A stretch of DNA of 64,000 bases from Pseudomonadales bacterium. Lineage in GTDB: Bacteria > Pseudomonadota > Gammaproteobacteria > Pseudomonadales > Azotimanducaceae. Under the pieces are notes generated by a model, which had not been told where the DNA came from, did not search any database, and was given only the letters and a program-made list of their open reading frames with translations. The DNA lies in the NCBI GenBank assembly GCA_028281005.1, contig JANQKS010000026.1:5300-69299 (forward strand), written 5' to 3'. Position numbers and translations under genes: made by a program. Positions 27,761 to 36,974 of this stretch are shown piece by piece; the first letter of the stretch is position 1, and each line of letters starts with the position of its first letter.

Positions 27761-28479
27761 CGCTCGTTGACAAAGTACATGACGATACTTTTCCCCATTA
27801 TTGGGTTCAGCAAACGATCCAGCAGGCGAGTGATGGCGGGTTGCTGCATGAGATCCCAGACCAGCAATTGGTGGTATTTGCGTACCAGGCGGGCATTTTC
27901 ACCGCTGTCCCAAAACAAACAGCGCAACCACCAATACGGTACATGTAAGCTATGGGCCCAGTGCCTCGCATAGCGGCGCATGTGCTGCTGTTCTATGGCG
28001 AGTTTTAGTTCAGATGCGGTAAAGATGCGCACATGGCCGCCTTCTACCTCGTGGTAATCGTCACTTAAACGCCAGCATATCCATTCCGGAAACCAACGCG
28101 GCACACTGGCAGCGAAAATCCCACCGGGCTTCAACACGCGGCGGATCTCACTCAGCACGGCTTGATAATCCGGTATGTGTTCCAACACCTCTGCGCAGAT
28201 CACCTTATCAAAGCTGCTGTCCGCAAAAGGTAACTGCAAACCGCTGGCACAGACGTAGTGGCAGCTTTTAGCCGGTTGGTTGCCACCATTTTGTTTAAAC
28301 TCATCGAGTCTGCGTTGTGCGGTGCGCAGATCTTGTATCGAAAGATCCAAGCCGATGACGTCAACGTCGGCGAGTAAATAGCTACTGATGGCGTGACGAC
28401 CTTCCCCACAGCCTAGATCTAATACGCGGTCGCCGGGGCGGAATTTGAGCAGCTTAAAGTTGATAGTCTCTAAGCTCAT
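27757..28479 (-). CDS. Class I SAM-dependent methyltransferase
   Basis: VLDLGCGEGRH (motif I), FDKVICAEVLEH, LKPGG. Confidence 0.85.
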   Translation of the reverse strand: MSLETINFKLLKFRPGDRVLDLGCGEGRHAISSYLLADVDVIGLDLSIQDLRTAQRRLDEFKQNGGNQPAKSCHYVCASGLQLPFADSSFDKVICAEVLEHIPDYQAVLSEIRRVLKPGGIFAASVPRWFPEWICWRLSDDYHEVEGGHVRIFTASELKLAIEQQHMRRYARHWAHSLHVPYWWLRCLFWDSGENARLVRKYHQLLVWDLMQQPAITRLLDRLLNPIMGKSIVMYFVNER

Positions 28480-29753
28480 GAGGGTATGACCTGGCGGTAG
28501 TAGTTGGTGAGCGCCTGAGCAACGTCGCTCCAGTTGAACTGTGTCAGCATACGTTGACGTCCTGCGTTGGCTAGCCTGTCACGTTGGCCGGGATCCAGTA
28601 GTAGCGTGCGGATAGCGTCAGCCAGCGCCTGGGGATCTGCCTTGGGCACAATCAAGCCGGCGTCTCCCACCACCTCGGGCAAGGCGCCACCATCGGTGGA
28701 AACCACCGGTACAGCGCAGGCCATCGCCTCGGCTGCGGGTAGGCCGAAGCCTTCGTACTCCGACGGCACAACCGCAATAGTCGCTTGGGCATACAAACGC
28801 ACAATCTCCGTGCTGCTGATGCCATGCACAAACTCGATGGCGTTGTCCAAATTGTGCCGCCTGATGAGTTTGGCGGTGTCACCGTCGGGTTTCGGCTTAC
28901 CGATGAAGGTTAAGCGTAATTCCGGGAACTCATCGCGCAGGCGGGCAAAGGCGGGGATAAGATGCTGGGTGCCTTTCAGGGGCTGGTCTGCGCTGGCTGT
29001 GGTGATCAACCGCCAGGGCTGCCGCTGTTGACCGGGCAACGGTCGAAACTGTTCGCCGTCCACACCGTTGTAAATGACATGGACTCGCTCGGGTTGGACG
29101 TTAAACGCAGCACAAATATCGCGTTTGGAAGATTCGCTGACCGTAACGATATGCTGCAGGCGCCGGGCTACCTTGGTTTGCATACGCAAAAACAAATGCC
29201 AGCGCCTGATCAACAGCCGCATGCCGATGCCGCGGGTATGAGCCAGAGCAATGTCCAGGTCGTAAGTGATGGGGTGATGGATGGTGGTGACCAAAGGTAA
29301 GCCCATACGTTGCAGCTGGTGGGTGCCATGGCTGAGGCATTGGTTGTCGTGGATAATGTCGTACTGCTGGCCGTGCTTGCGCAGGTAGGTGGCCACCCTG
29401 CGCCCGAAAGTGTATGGCTCAGGAAACCCACCGCTGACCATCGAAGCCCACTCAAACAGGTCGGCAAATGATCTCAAATGCCGCCAACGCAAGGCTCGCG
29501 CCGGGTGTTTTTCGGCAAATAGGTTCAGACCGGGTAATTTGATGAGGCGGATGCCGTCGTCAAGTTGCGGGTAAGGTTCCCCGGAAATAACGTCCACCGT
29601 ATGGCCCAGATCGCGCAGCGCCCGGGCTATGTATTTGATGTAAATACCCTGGCCGCCGCTGTACGGGTTGCTTCGATAACCCAACAGCGCAATGCGCAAA
29701 GGCGATTGTGCCGCGCTCGCGGGTTTAATCTGCAGGGCCGAGGCAGTGGCCAA
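28476..29753 (-). CDS. Glycosyltransferase, GT4/GT-B family
   Basis: PSEYEGFGLPAAEAMACAVPVVSTDGGALPEVV is the EX7E region of group 1 glycosyltransferases. First gene of a 3-gene overlapping operon. Confidence 0.85.
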   Translation of the reverse strand: MATASALQIKPASAAQSPLRIALLGYRSNPYSGGQGIYIKYIARALRDLGHTVDVISGEPYPQLDDGIRLIKLPGLNLFAEKHPARALRWRHLRSFADLFEWASMVSGGFPEPYTFGRRVATYLRKHGQQYDIIHDNQCLSHGTHQLQRMGLPLVTTIHHPITYDLDIALAHTRGIGMRLLIRRWHLFLRMQTKVARRLQHIVTVSESSKRDICAAFNVQPERVHVIYNGVDGEQFRPLPGQQRQPWRLITTASADQPLKGTQHLIPAFARLRDEFPELRLTFIGKPKPDGDTAKLIRRHNLDNAIEFVHGISSTEIVRLYAQATIAVVPSEYEGFGLPAAEAMACAVPVVSTDGGALPEVVGDAGLIVPKADPQALADAIRTLLLDPGQRDRLANAGRQRMLTQFNWSDVAQALTNYYRQVIPS

Positions 29754-29906
29754 GGGGTTACGCCTTAGTTTTTGAAAAACGGCTGCGGATTCTAGTGGCA
29801 GCTTGCCTGCGTTGCCAGCGCCGGGGTGTGCCCAGCCGGGTGACAGTCTTTGGCTGAATGAATACTATGCATGTTCATCGGCATCATAATGAATGGGGCT
29901 CATCTC

Positions 29907-30836
29907 ATGTCGCAAATTGAGCTTCGCCATCTGCGTACCTTGGTGGCTTTGCGCGATACAGGCAGTTTGGTCGAGGCGGCGGACCGCGTTTTTCTGACCC
30001 AGTCGGCGCTGTCCCACCAAATCAAAGAATTGGAAGGGCGCATTGGGTGTGCGCTGTTTATCCGCAAAACCCGGCCGGTCAGGTTCACCAGCGCGGGGAA
30101 CCGGCTGCTGCGCTTGGCTGACGAAGTGCTGCCGCGGGTGCACAGTACCGAGTTGGACTTGCAGCGTCTGGCCGGTGGGGAATCCGGACGTATCTTCATG
30201 GCCATCGAGTGCCACAGTTGTTTTGAATGGTTGTTGCCGGCCATCGACGTATACCGAGACGCCTGGCCGGATGTGGAACTGGATATCTCCAGCGGCTTCC
30301 ACTTCGCACCTTTGCCTGCACTGGGCCGGGGAGATTTGGACCTCGTGATCACCGCGGATCCGGTAGAAGAGCTCGGCGTCCACTATTTCCCGCTGTTTAG
30401 TTACGAAGCGCAATTGGCCATGGCCAAAGATCACGCCCTGGTGGCACGGGAATGGGTTGAGCCACGCGACTTAGCACCGGAAGTAGTCATTACCTACCCG
30501 GTGGACCGCCAACGCCTGGATCTATTTACCAGTTTCCTCGAGCCTGCGGGTGTGGAACCAAAACGTGTGCGCCATGCGGAATTAACCACCATGATTGTGC
30601 AATTGGTAGCCAGTGGTCGTGGGGTGGCTTGTTTGCCAAATTGGGCGTTGTACGAATACACCGCCAAAGACTATCTCACCGTGCGCTCGCTCGGTGAAGA
30701 GGGTGTATGGCCAACTCTTTATGCCGCGGTGCGCAAAGACCAGGCGCAGGCGCCGTTTATCGAAGCCTTTGTGCAGACCGCAAAAGAAACGTGCTTTAAG
30801 AACTTGGTGGGGATAGTTACCGCTGAATTAGATTGA
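29907..30836 (+). CDS. metR: LysR-family transcriptional regulator MetR
   Basis: IELRHLRTLVALRDTGSLVEAADRVFLTQSALSHQIKELEGRIGCALFIRKTRPVRFTSAG closely parallels the E. coli MetR N-terminus as I remember it. Start ATG 29907. Confidence 0.8.
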   Translation: MSQIELRHLRTLVALRDTGSLVEAADRVFLTQSALSHQIKELEGRIGCALFIRKTRPVRFTSAGNRLLRLADEVLPRVHSTELDLQRLAGGESGRIFMAIECHSCFEWLLPAIDVYRDAWPDVELDISSGFHFAPLPALGRGDLDLVITADPVEELGVHYFPLFSYEAQLAMAKDHALVAREWVEPRDLAPEVVITYPVDRQRLDLFTSFLEPAGVEPKRVRHAELTTMIVQLVASGRGVACLPNWALYEYTAKDYLTVRSLGEEGVWPTLYAAVRKDQAQAPFIEAFVQTAKETCFKNLVGIVTAELD

Positions 30837-30863
30837 TGCGGCTTTGGTGAAGGTAGATACGTC

Positions 30864-31445
30864 TCAGGGCACCAGTGTATCCACTTGCCATTGCGCATCC
30901 ACCAACTTAAACCGTTGCCGGTCGTGTACGCCGTTTGCCTGAGTTAAATCCAGGCGTTCGACTTCGACGGGATGTAGCAACAGACCGCGGGCGTTGTCCG
31001 GCGCCTGCATGGGTTCTGGCGGCACCACCTCTTCAAGTTGTGCCAACAGCGCATCGCGGGAGCCAATTTGGCTCGACTGGTGCGCATGCTGCTCATAAAA
31101 CCAGTCCATCTTTTTGGGTGCGTCGGGGCGTAGGTGCCAGCTTTCATGGACCGTGGTTTGCGCAACCGCAGCGGTCGACACCTGCATACGATATTGCACC
31201 TGCACACTGGGCCAATAGGTCTGCAGCGTGGCGTGAGTTTGCAGGTGTGTCCATTTGGGGCTGGTCGCGTTAACAAACACCGCCAGTTGACCGTCTACGT
31301 CCCGCAGCACCAGCGTGCGCATCTGTGCGCGGCCCAGATCATCCACGTTGGCCACGGTGCAAAGATGTGCCATTGGGTCCTCGGCGTCCCGGGCGCGCTG
31401 CCGATCTGCGTTAAACAGGTTGAGTGGGTCCATTCGCGCTTCCAT
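30864..31445 (-). CDS. Pyridoxamine 5'-phosphate oxidase-like FMN-binding protein (PdxH-like)
   Basis: RTLVLRDVDGQLAVFVNATSPKW resembles the PdxH R-x-V-L-L-K...F-Y-T-N-x-x-S-x-K block; the C-terminus ...VHDRQRF is also PdxH-like. Start is 31445 or 31433. Confidence 0.55.
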   Translation of the reverse strand: MEARMDPLNLFNADRQRARDAEDPMAHLCTVANVDDLGRAQMRTLVLRDVDGQLAVFVNATSPKWTHLQTHATLQTYWPSVQVQYRMQVSTAAVAQTTVHESWHLRPDAPKKMDWFYEQHAHQSSQIGSRDALLAQLEEVVPPEPMQAPDNARGLLLHPVEVERLDLTQANGVHDRQRFKLVDAQWQVDTLVP

Positions 31446-31474
31446 GTTTAATCTATGTTTAATCCATGTTTAAA
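31444..31474. repeat. Tandem repeat, 3 x 11 bp (ATGTTTAATCn)
   Basis: Copies start at 31444, 31455 and 31466. The first overlaps the start codon (complement) of the PdxH-like gene. Confidence 0.9.
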
Positions 31475-31517
31475 GAGGTTTTTTCCGGGCTTGCTCGCGT
31501 TGGCTTTAACCGGCGCT

Positions 31518-32267
31518 TTAGAAATTAATGTGGGTCCCGGTTTTGGTGTAGTCGTTCCAGTGCTCGGGCGCTTGGGATTGGTACCGTTTCATGACCCGGT
31601 ATAGAAAGCCGTGGCCGCTGGTGCCTAACGCATCTTGAATCATGTTTTCGGTATCAACAATGGCGGCGCGCGCCATTAACCGGTCATAGGTAAACATAAA
31701 GTTGTTGGTATGGCGGGCGCGCACCTCGGTGCCGTAGAACAGCCCTAATTGCTCTTCAGGATCATCTAAGGTTCGGTGCAGCGTGAGCAGCCGGCGTGCA
31801 AATGCTTCGTTATCGATGCCGCTGCTCTGCGCGGAAAACAGCTCCGCAATCTCCTGGGGATTGGTGCGATCCGGCCCTTGGCTGGAGACGTAAAGCAGCC
31901 CGGCTATGGAACCCAATTGTCCCCGCACGGTGTGGGCAATTTGCAGAAAAGCCTCCTGGCGCGCGTGAAGCTCGCTGGCCGCTAGCTTTTCGCTTTGGAT
32001 CGCTGCTTGTTCGGCGCTGCGAGAGATCTCCTTGGCTTGCGCGCGCAGGGCTTCGGTATTTTGCTCAAGTTCTTTTTGCTGCAAAAAGTAGCCAATCACC
32101 AGCCACAAAAAAGCCAGCGGTGCGGAAGCCCCTTCCAGGAAATTGCCCAGATCTTCTGCCGGTAGTGTACTGAATGCGGACCAGCCGATGTTGGTGCTGA
32201 TATATATGACACCCAAGACTATCCAAGCCGTGGTTAACCCCAGGCCAAGCCAGATGCGCCAATTCAT
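31518..32267 (-). CDS. Hypothetical membrane protein with coiled-coil segment
   Basis: Two N-terminal TM helices, then a heptad-like region QQKELEQNTEALRAQAKEISRSAEQAAIQSEKL. No recognisable family. Confidence 0.55.
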   Translation of the reverse strand: MNWRIWLGLGLTTAWIVLGVIYISTNIGWSAFSTLPAEDLGNFLEGASAPLAFLWLVIGYFLQQKELEQNTEALRAQAKEISRSAEQAAIQSEKLAASELHARQEAFLQIAHTVRGQLGSIAGLLYVSSQGPDRTNPQEIAELFSAQSSGIDNEAFARRLLTLHRTLDDPEEQLGLFYGTEVRARHTNNFMFTYDRLMARAAIVDTENMIQDALGTSGHGFLYRVMKRYQSQAPEHWNDYTKTGTHINF

Positions 32268-32289
32268 AGGTGGTCCCGGCTAGGGCGAA

Positions 32290-32502
32290 TTAGTCCCCAG
32301 CGCTGTCTGTCGCGTTGTCGGCTGCCGCCGGGGCGTCGGCTTGGGACGGCTGTGCGGGTGCTTGGGATTCGGTACGTCGACGCAGTTCCGCAATGTCGCG
32401 CTGGATTTCGCTAAGACGAAATAAAATGTCCGGCATTTGGTCACTGATGCGCCATAGTAAATAGGCGATGGCCAACAATACGATGAATGAAAAGAAACCC
32501 AT
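32290..32502 (-). CDS. Small single-pass membrane protein, hypothetical
   Basis: MGFFSFIVLLAIAYLLW TM helix, charged helix, Ala/Pro/Gln-rich acidic tail. Lies 22 nt upstream of the previous gene. Confidence 0.45.
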   Translation of the reverse strand: MGFFSFIVLLAIAYLLWRISDQMPDILFRLSEIQRDIAELRRRTESQAPAQPSQADAPAAADNATDSAGD

Positions 32503-32580
32503 TCAATTTCTCCACAGGATGACGGTAAACGGCCTATAGTCTAACAAGTTCTTATGCGGAAATTGCCACGTTTAAGCACG

Positions 32581-33261
32581 CTATTCTAAAGACCCAGTAA
32601 TCGACTTGCGCTGGCTGATCTCAATCCAGTTGCCGTCGGGGTCTAGCACAAACGAGATGTAGGCGACCTCGCCGAGACGTACCGGTGCCATCCCTTCGCC
32701 ACCGCCACGCCTGACGATGTCTGCATGGGTGCTGACCACATCAAACACCTGCAAGGTCATATAGCGATAGCCGACGGCATTCCGTTGCACCGGTTCGACC
32801 GTACCTGGACCGATGAGAATCTTCGATGCGCCAACGCGAAATCCCTCTTCAAGGCTGCCCGGTAATCCTAGAACCTCGCCATAAAAATGCGCGGATTGCT
32901 CGGGATTATTGGCGCGCATGTGTAAACATAAGTTGAGGGCATCAGCTTCCGCTTTGTTGGGTACTGGGCTCAGCAATACTTCGTTTTGATCAGGGTCGAG
33001 TAGTTCCAGCGGTTGCTCAACCTGGTCGGTGAACAGCTCCAGTTTCGCTAGTCCGCTGGGTGCCGCCGTAGGGAGGGGCTCGCGCGGATGATTTATTTTC
33101 AGCACGCTGTCGCCGATGGCATGGCGATGCTGGTGCAAGCCACCGCCAACCTTAAGCAGCTCCGCATAGGGTACATGGGCTTGTTCCTGCCAGAAGGCCA
33201 ACGTAGCATCCAATTGATTGGTATATAGGCCCACGTCCAGTGCCGGTTTTGCCAGTTGCAT
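32581..33261 (-). CDS. VOC (glyoxalase/bleomycin-resistance/dioxygenase) superfamily protein, two modules
   Basis: Overall beta-alpha-beta-beta-beta module pattern and a C-terminal DPDGNWIEI motif typical of VOC proteins. Resemblance only. Confidence 0.55.
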   Translation of the reverse strand: MQLAKPALDVGLYTNQLDATLAFWQEQAHVPYAELLKVGGGLHQHRHAIGDSVLKINHPREPLPTAAPSGLAKLELFTDQVEQPLELLDPDQNEVLLSPVPNKAEADALNLCLHMRANNPEQSAHFYGEVLGLPGSLEEGFRVGASKILIGPGTVEPVQRNAVGYRYMTLQVFDVVSTHADIVRRGGGEGMAPVRLGEVAYISFVLDPDGNWIEISQRKSITGSLE

Positions 33262-33301
33262 GGCTTGCCCCTATTGCGAGTAATTTCATACCGAGAGTAC
33301 C

Positions 33302-34294
33302 TTGTCTGCCAACCCAAAGTCTTTACCCGATGTCTTCCCCGCGGCATTCAAAGACACTGCTCAGTTTTATGCTGAGTTATGTGATGTTTACGGTGATGAG
33401 CTGGCGGTCGGCATCGCGGCACAACTGGGTCAAGCGTCGCGCTTGTCGTTCTGGGTTAATCCTTTACGCACGGGGTGGGATCAATCGTCTCAACAGGCGG
33501 TATTGGCCGACACCGGCTTGCCGCCGTCTGACCTGCATGCCAACCCGCAGCTAGAGGGTCTGTGGTCGGCGCGGGTGGATGGCGGTCTCACCCACAGCAA
33601 CGCAGCCAACGACGCATCCATCTACATTCAAAACCCCTCCAGCCTGCTTGCGGTGCGCGCGCTGGCGCCTCAGGAGGAACAAGAAGTGCTGGACCTGGCA
33701 GCGGCTCCGGGCGGCAAAACCATTGCCATGGCGGTGGCCATGCGCAATAGCGGACGCATCGCCGCAGTTGAATCGGTCAAGGCGCGATTCTTTCGCCTGC
33801 AGGCCAATGTTGAGCGTTGTGGGGTTTCAAATGTGGACTTTTATTTGCGCGACGGGCGCGGCGTGGGGCGCGCGGTCCCCGAGCGTTTCGATAAGGTGCT
33901 GCTGGATGCGCCGTGCAGCTCCGAGGCGCGCATCCGCTGGTTTGATGCATCGTCCTATGCACACTGGTCGCGGCGCAAGGTAAAGGAGGCGCAACGTAAA
34001 CAAAAACGCCTGCTGCGCTCCGCCTATGATGCGTTAAAACCCGGCGGCAGTTTGGTGTATTGCACCTGCAGTTTCAGCGTCGCTGAAAACGAAGCAGTGG
34101 TACACCATTTATTGCAGGCTTCAGACGCCCAGGTGCAGCCGCTGGAGCTGGACCTGCCCCCGCACAAGGCCGGTGTCACAACCTGGCGAGGTAAAGCCAT
34201 GCCACCTTCATTGGCGCAAACCATTAGAGTGCTGCCGGATGCGGTGTGGGATGGTTTTTATCTGGCGCTGCTGCGTAAACCGGGACCAAACTAG
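33302..34294 (+). CDS. RsmB/RsmF (NOL1/NOP2/Sun) family RNA m5C methyltransferase
   Basis: VLDLAAAPGGKT, FDKVLLDAPCSSEA, GGSLVYCTCSFSVAENE (the two catalytic Cys motifs). TTG start as in the track; start uncertain. Confidence 0.85.
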   Translation: MSANPKSLPDVFPAAFKDTAQFYAELCDVYGDELAVGIAAQLGQASRLSFWVNPLRTGWDQSSQQAVLADTGLPPSDLHANPQLEGLWSARVDGGLTHSNAANDASIYIQNPSSLLAVRALAPQEEQEVLDLAAAPGGKTIAMAVAMRNSGRIAAVESVKARFFRLQANVERCGVSNVDFYLRDGRGVGRAVPERFDKVLLDAPCSSEARIRWFDASSYAHWSRRKVKEAQRKQKRLLRSAYDALKPGGSLVYCTCSFSVAENEAVVHHLLQASDAQVQPLELDLPPHKAGVTTWRGKAMPPSLAQTIRVLPDAVWDGFYLALLRKPGPN

Positions 34295-34321
34295 CTGTCA
34301 TGAGATCACTTATTTAAACTG

Positions 34322-34825
34322 TTAGGGCTGGATGGTTTTAGGGGTGTGTAAGCTCACCAGTTGTGCCGCAGCAAAGCTTAAGTCGACCCACGCACCGCGA
34401 TAGCGGAACAGCGCGCTGCCAAAAGTCACCAAATTGTCGGTGACGGGGTCATCACCGAGTGAATTCACCAGATAAGTCAGCCCGGGGTTGTGCGCCACTA
34501 CCGCTACACATTCGATGTCCGGCGGCGTTTGTTGTAGGCAGCCCAACAAACGCTCCGCGGAAGCCAAATACAATTCGGCCGCATCCACCACCGGCGCGTT
34601 AAAACCGGCGGCGATAAACTGTGCGGTCTGCTGAGCACGCACCGCGGTGCTGCACCAAATCCACTGCGCCGTATGCGCTTGCTGCGCGTACCAAGTGCGC
34701 ATCATTGCGCCGTTGGCTTCGCCGCGATGGTTCAAGGGACGTTCGTGGTCGGACATCCCGGGTGATCCGACAGCGGATTTGCCATGGCGAATCACCCAGA
34801 TGTAACGCGCCTGGGCTAATCCCAT
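34322..34825 (-). CDS. Histidine phosphatase family protein (SixA-like)
   Basis: IWVIRHGKS (RHG motif) and VAVVAHNPG. Confidence 0.7.
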   Translation of the reverse strand: MGLAQARYIWVIRHGKSAVGSPGMSDHERPLNHRGEANGAMMRTWYAQQAHTAQWIWCSTAVRAQQTAQFIAAGFNAPVVDAAELYLASAERLLGCLQQTPPDIECVAVVAHNPGLTYLVNSLGDDPVTDNLVTFGSALFRYRGAWVDLSFAAAQLVSLHTPKTIQP

Positions 34826-35721
34826 AGGTCAAAAAATTCTTGGATCGCTTGCAACTGCCCACCGCTGACAGCCGACGGCACAATGATGGGGGTTTTGATG
34901 CCGCTGTCGAACCAAGCTTCGATACCTTCGCGCACTTCGCTGGCGCCGCCGAATAAAGTGGTTTCCGCCAGCCAGCGGTCCGACAGACATTCGGGCACGC
35001 GGTCGAGGTTGTTGTCCGCCAACGCTGCTTCCACACCCGCCATTTCTTCCTCAAAACCCGCCTCTTTCCAGTAATTGCGGTAGTTGGGTAAAAATGCATA
35101 GCTGGTGAGCGTCTTGCGGTTCACTGCCATGGCTGCGGCTTTGTCGTCGCTGATACAAGTGGGGATCATGTTGCCGATAAAAAAGTCGCTGTTGCTGCGG
35201 GTTTCGCCCGACAGCACCGCCAGCGAGGACGACATGTGTGAGCGCGCGCCATTAGCAAACACCATGCCCTCGGCAATTTCTTCAGCCAGGGCGATCATTT
35301 TGTTGCGTAAGGTGGCCAGCACAATCGGCGGCATGTCGCCGACCCGGGGTACCGCGCGCAAATCGGCGACAAACTGGCGCATGTCCGCCAGCGGTTTACC
35401 TTGTTTAATCCCCATGCGGCTCATGGCGGGTTCATGACTGACGCCGATGCCGAAACTGAAACGCCCGTTGGACACTTCGTGTAAGAACCCCGCGGTGCCG
35501 GCAAAATCCGCCACATTGCGAGTGTAGATGGGGGTGATGCTGGTGCCGATCTTAATTTTGCTGGTGACCATGGCGATGGCGGTACACAGTGACAGACTGT
35601 CGCCGAGGCTTGGCCCGTAGATGCCGGGAAAACCACGTTGTTCAACCTCTTGGGCGATCTCGAGAATTTTGTGGCGGCGGCCGGGCACCGCGGCCAGGCT
35701 AATGGCGGGTAATTGGGTCAT
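34816..35721 (-). CDS. LLM-class (luciferase-like) flavin-dependent oxidoreductase
   Basis: N-terminal pattern LSLAAVPG...ILEIAQEVEQRGFPGIY...IKIGTSITPIYTR is typical of luciferase-like monooxygenases. Resemblance only. Confidence 0.7.
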   Translation of the reverse strand: MTQLPAISLAAVPGRRHKILEIAQEVEQRGFPGIYGPSLGDSLSLCTAIAMVTSKIKIGTSITPIYTRNVADFAGTAGFLHEVSNGRFSFGIGVSHEPAMSRMGIKQGKPLADMRQFVADLRAVPRVGDMPPIVLATLRNKMIALAEEIAEGMVFANGARSHMSSSLAVLSGETRSNSDFFIGNMIPTCISDDKAAAMAVNRKTLTSYAFLPNYRNYWKEAGFEEEMAGVEAALADNNLDRVPECLSDRWLAETTLFGGASEVREGIEAWFDSGIKTPIIVPSAVSGGQLQAIQEFFDLWD

Positions 35722-35784
35722 TTATCTCTCCGGTATGTGTGTGAAAAGCACTAGGTTACATGATTTGCGGCTTGGTCTATGGCC

Positions 35785-36750
35785 TCAATCCTCAGTTGGT
35801 AGGTTGGCGGCAAAAGTCTGCCGCCAGAAGGCCATCATGTCTTGGTGAAACAGCGTCGCATAGTTTTCGGCAGTCCCGATGTGTGCACCGCGTTTGCCGA
35901 AACCCGCCTTGATCCCATACAACATCAGTTCCCGCTCTGTGGTCTGTGCTGGACAAGGGCCGTTGACCGGGTGGATGCATATACCGTTGTCGTCGATATA
36001 AATGGTTGGCGCGCCGGGCGCAACGGAGGCCTCCGCCACCCATTCAATGGCGGTGTCTCGATCGAAGCTGTGATGGGCACCGGCCACAATGTGGCAGGTG
36101 GCCTCGCAACCCCTGACCGCTAAGCTGTGAGTATAGGCTTGCACCTGCTGTACTGAACACCACTCATCTTGGTCGCCAATAATCGAGCGAACGAGGGTGT
36201 CACCCACCGCAGGGTTCAGAAATTGGAAACCGCACCAAGGGTATGCCGCGTACACGCCGGCGCAATCCAACTGGTGTCCGGTGAAGTGATACATGCTGGC
36301 TGCCAACTGTATGGCGGTGCCGCCACGACTGTGGCCTTGTAGTCCGACCCGGGCGAACCGATCCTGCGCGGTTAAAGTTTGCGCTGCGGCCAAGACATCC
36401 CAGGCGCTGGCGGCAAACGAAAATTGTGCTTGGTTGGCGACGGTGCTACTCACCTGGCGCGCACCGAATGGATCGATCAGACAGGCGGCGATGCCAGCCG
36501 AGGTGAGTAACTCTGCCTTATAGACGTGGGATGGTGCTATTCCCAAACTGCCCGGCGCAATGATGACCACACCCGGGCGTTGCGGTGTGTTTGGCATGAA
36601 CAACTGTGCATGGATGTCTTGCCGGTCGGCTGGTTCTTCGCTGATGGCCTCAAAAAACGTAGCTGGATTGGCGCTCGCCACCACCCAGGGTTCGCCGACA
36701 ATGCCGTTGTCCAACGTCAGCGGTTGCGCGTCCAAAAACAAAGTGGTCAT
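35785..36750 (-). CDS. Alpha/beta hydrolase (dienelactone-hydrolase-like)
   Basis: Nucleophile elbow GLQGHSRGG and late GAHHSF. Start moved to ATG 36750, which has GGAG 8 nt upstream. Last core gene before the island. Confidence 0.7.
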   Translation of the reverse strand: MTTLFLDAQPLTLDNGIVGEPWVVASANPATFFEAISEEPADRQDIHAQLFMPNTPQRPGVVIIAPGSLGIAPSHVYKAELLTSAGIAACLIDPFGARQVSSTVANQAQFSFAASAWDVLAAAQTLTAQDRFARVGLQGHSRGGTAIQLAASMYHFTGHQLDCAGVYAAYPWCGFQFLNPAVGDTLVRSIIGDQDEWCSVQQVQAYTHSLAVRGCEATCHIVAGAHHSFDRDTAIEWVAEASVAPGAPTIYIDDNGICIHPVNGPCPAQTTERELMLYGIKAGFGKRGAHIGTAENYATLFHQDMMAFWRQTFAANLPTED

Positions 36751-36877
36751 CTGCGTAGCTCCGAGAAATACTCTTCCAGTGTATGCCACGTGTGTTGTTT
36801 GAGGCGACTCCGTGTCATTTTTCTTGTGATTATAAAAAATAGAGTTTTGAAAACGCCTTGGATATCTAGGACATGGG

Positions 36878-36970
36878 TACCGCTTCAGTAGCAGTTTAGT
36901 TTTACGCTAGGCTACTCGAAAACAGACGTTCGTTCTGAGGGGGAAAGATGCTTTTGTCGACCCTGAACGG
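36878..36970. repeat. Island repeat family, degenerate copy c0
   Basis: Left TACCGCTTCAG (36878-88), right CGACCC-TG-AACGG (36958-70). CCG(C)TTCAG pairs with CTGAACGG. Ends 4 nt from the NUDIX stop. Confidence 0.5.
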
Positions 36971-36974
36971 ACAG

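Noticed and set aside
29754-29906. MetR box (TGAA-N5-TTCA) in the metR upstream region
   Set aside because: An ATGAA-N11-TTCAT inverted repeat is present (about 29866-29886), but the spacing does not match the MetR consensus as I remember it. It is too weak to call.
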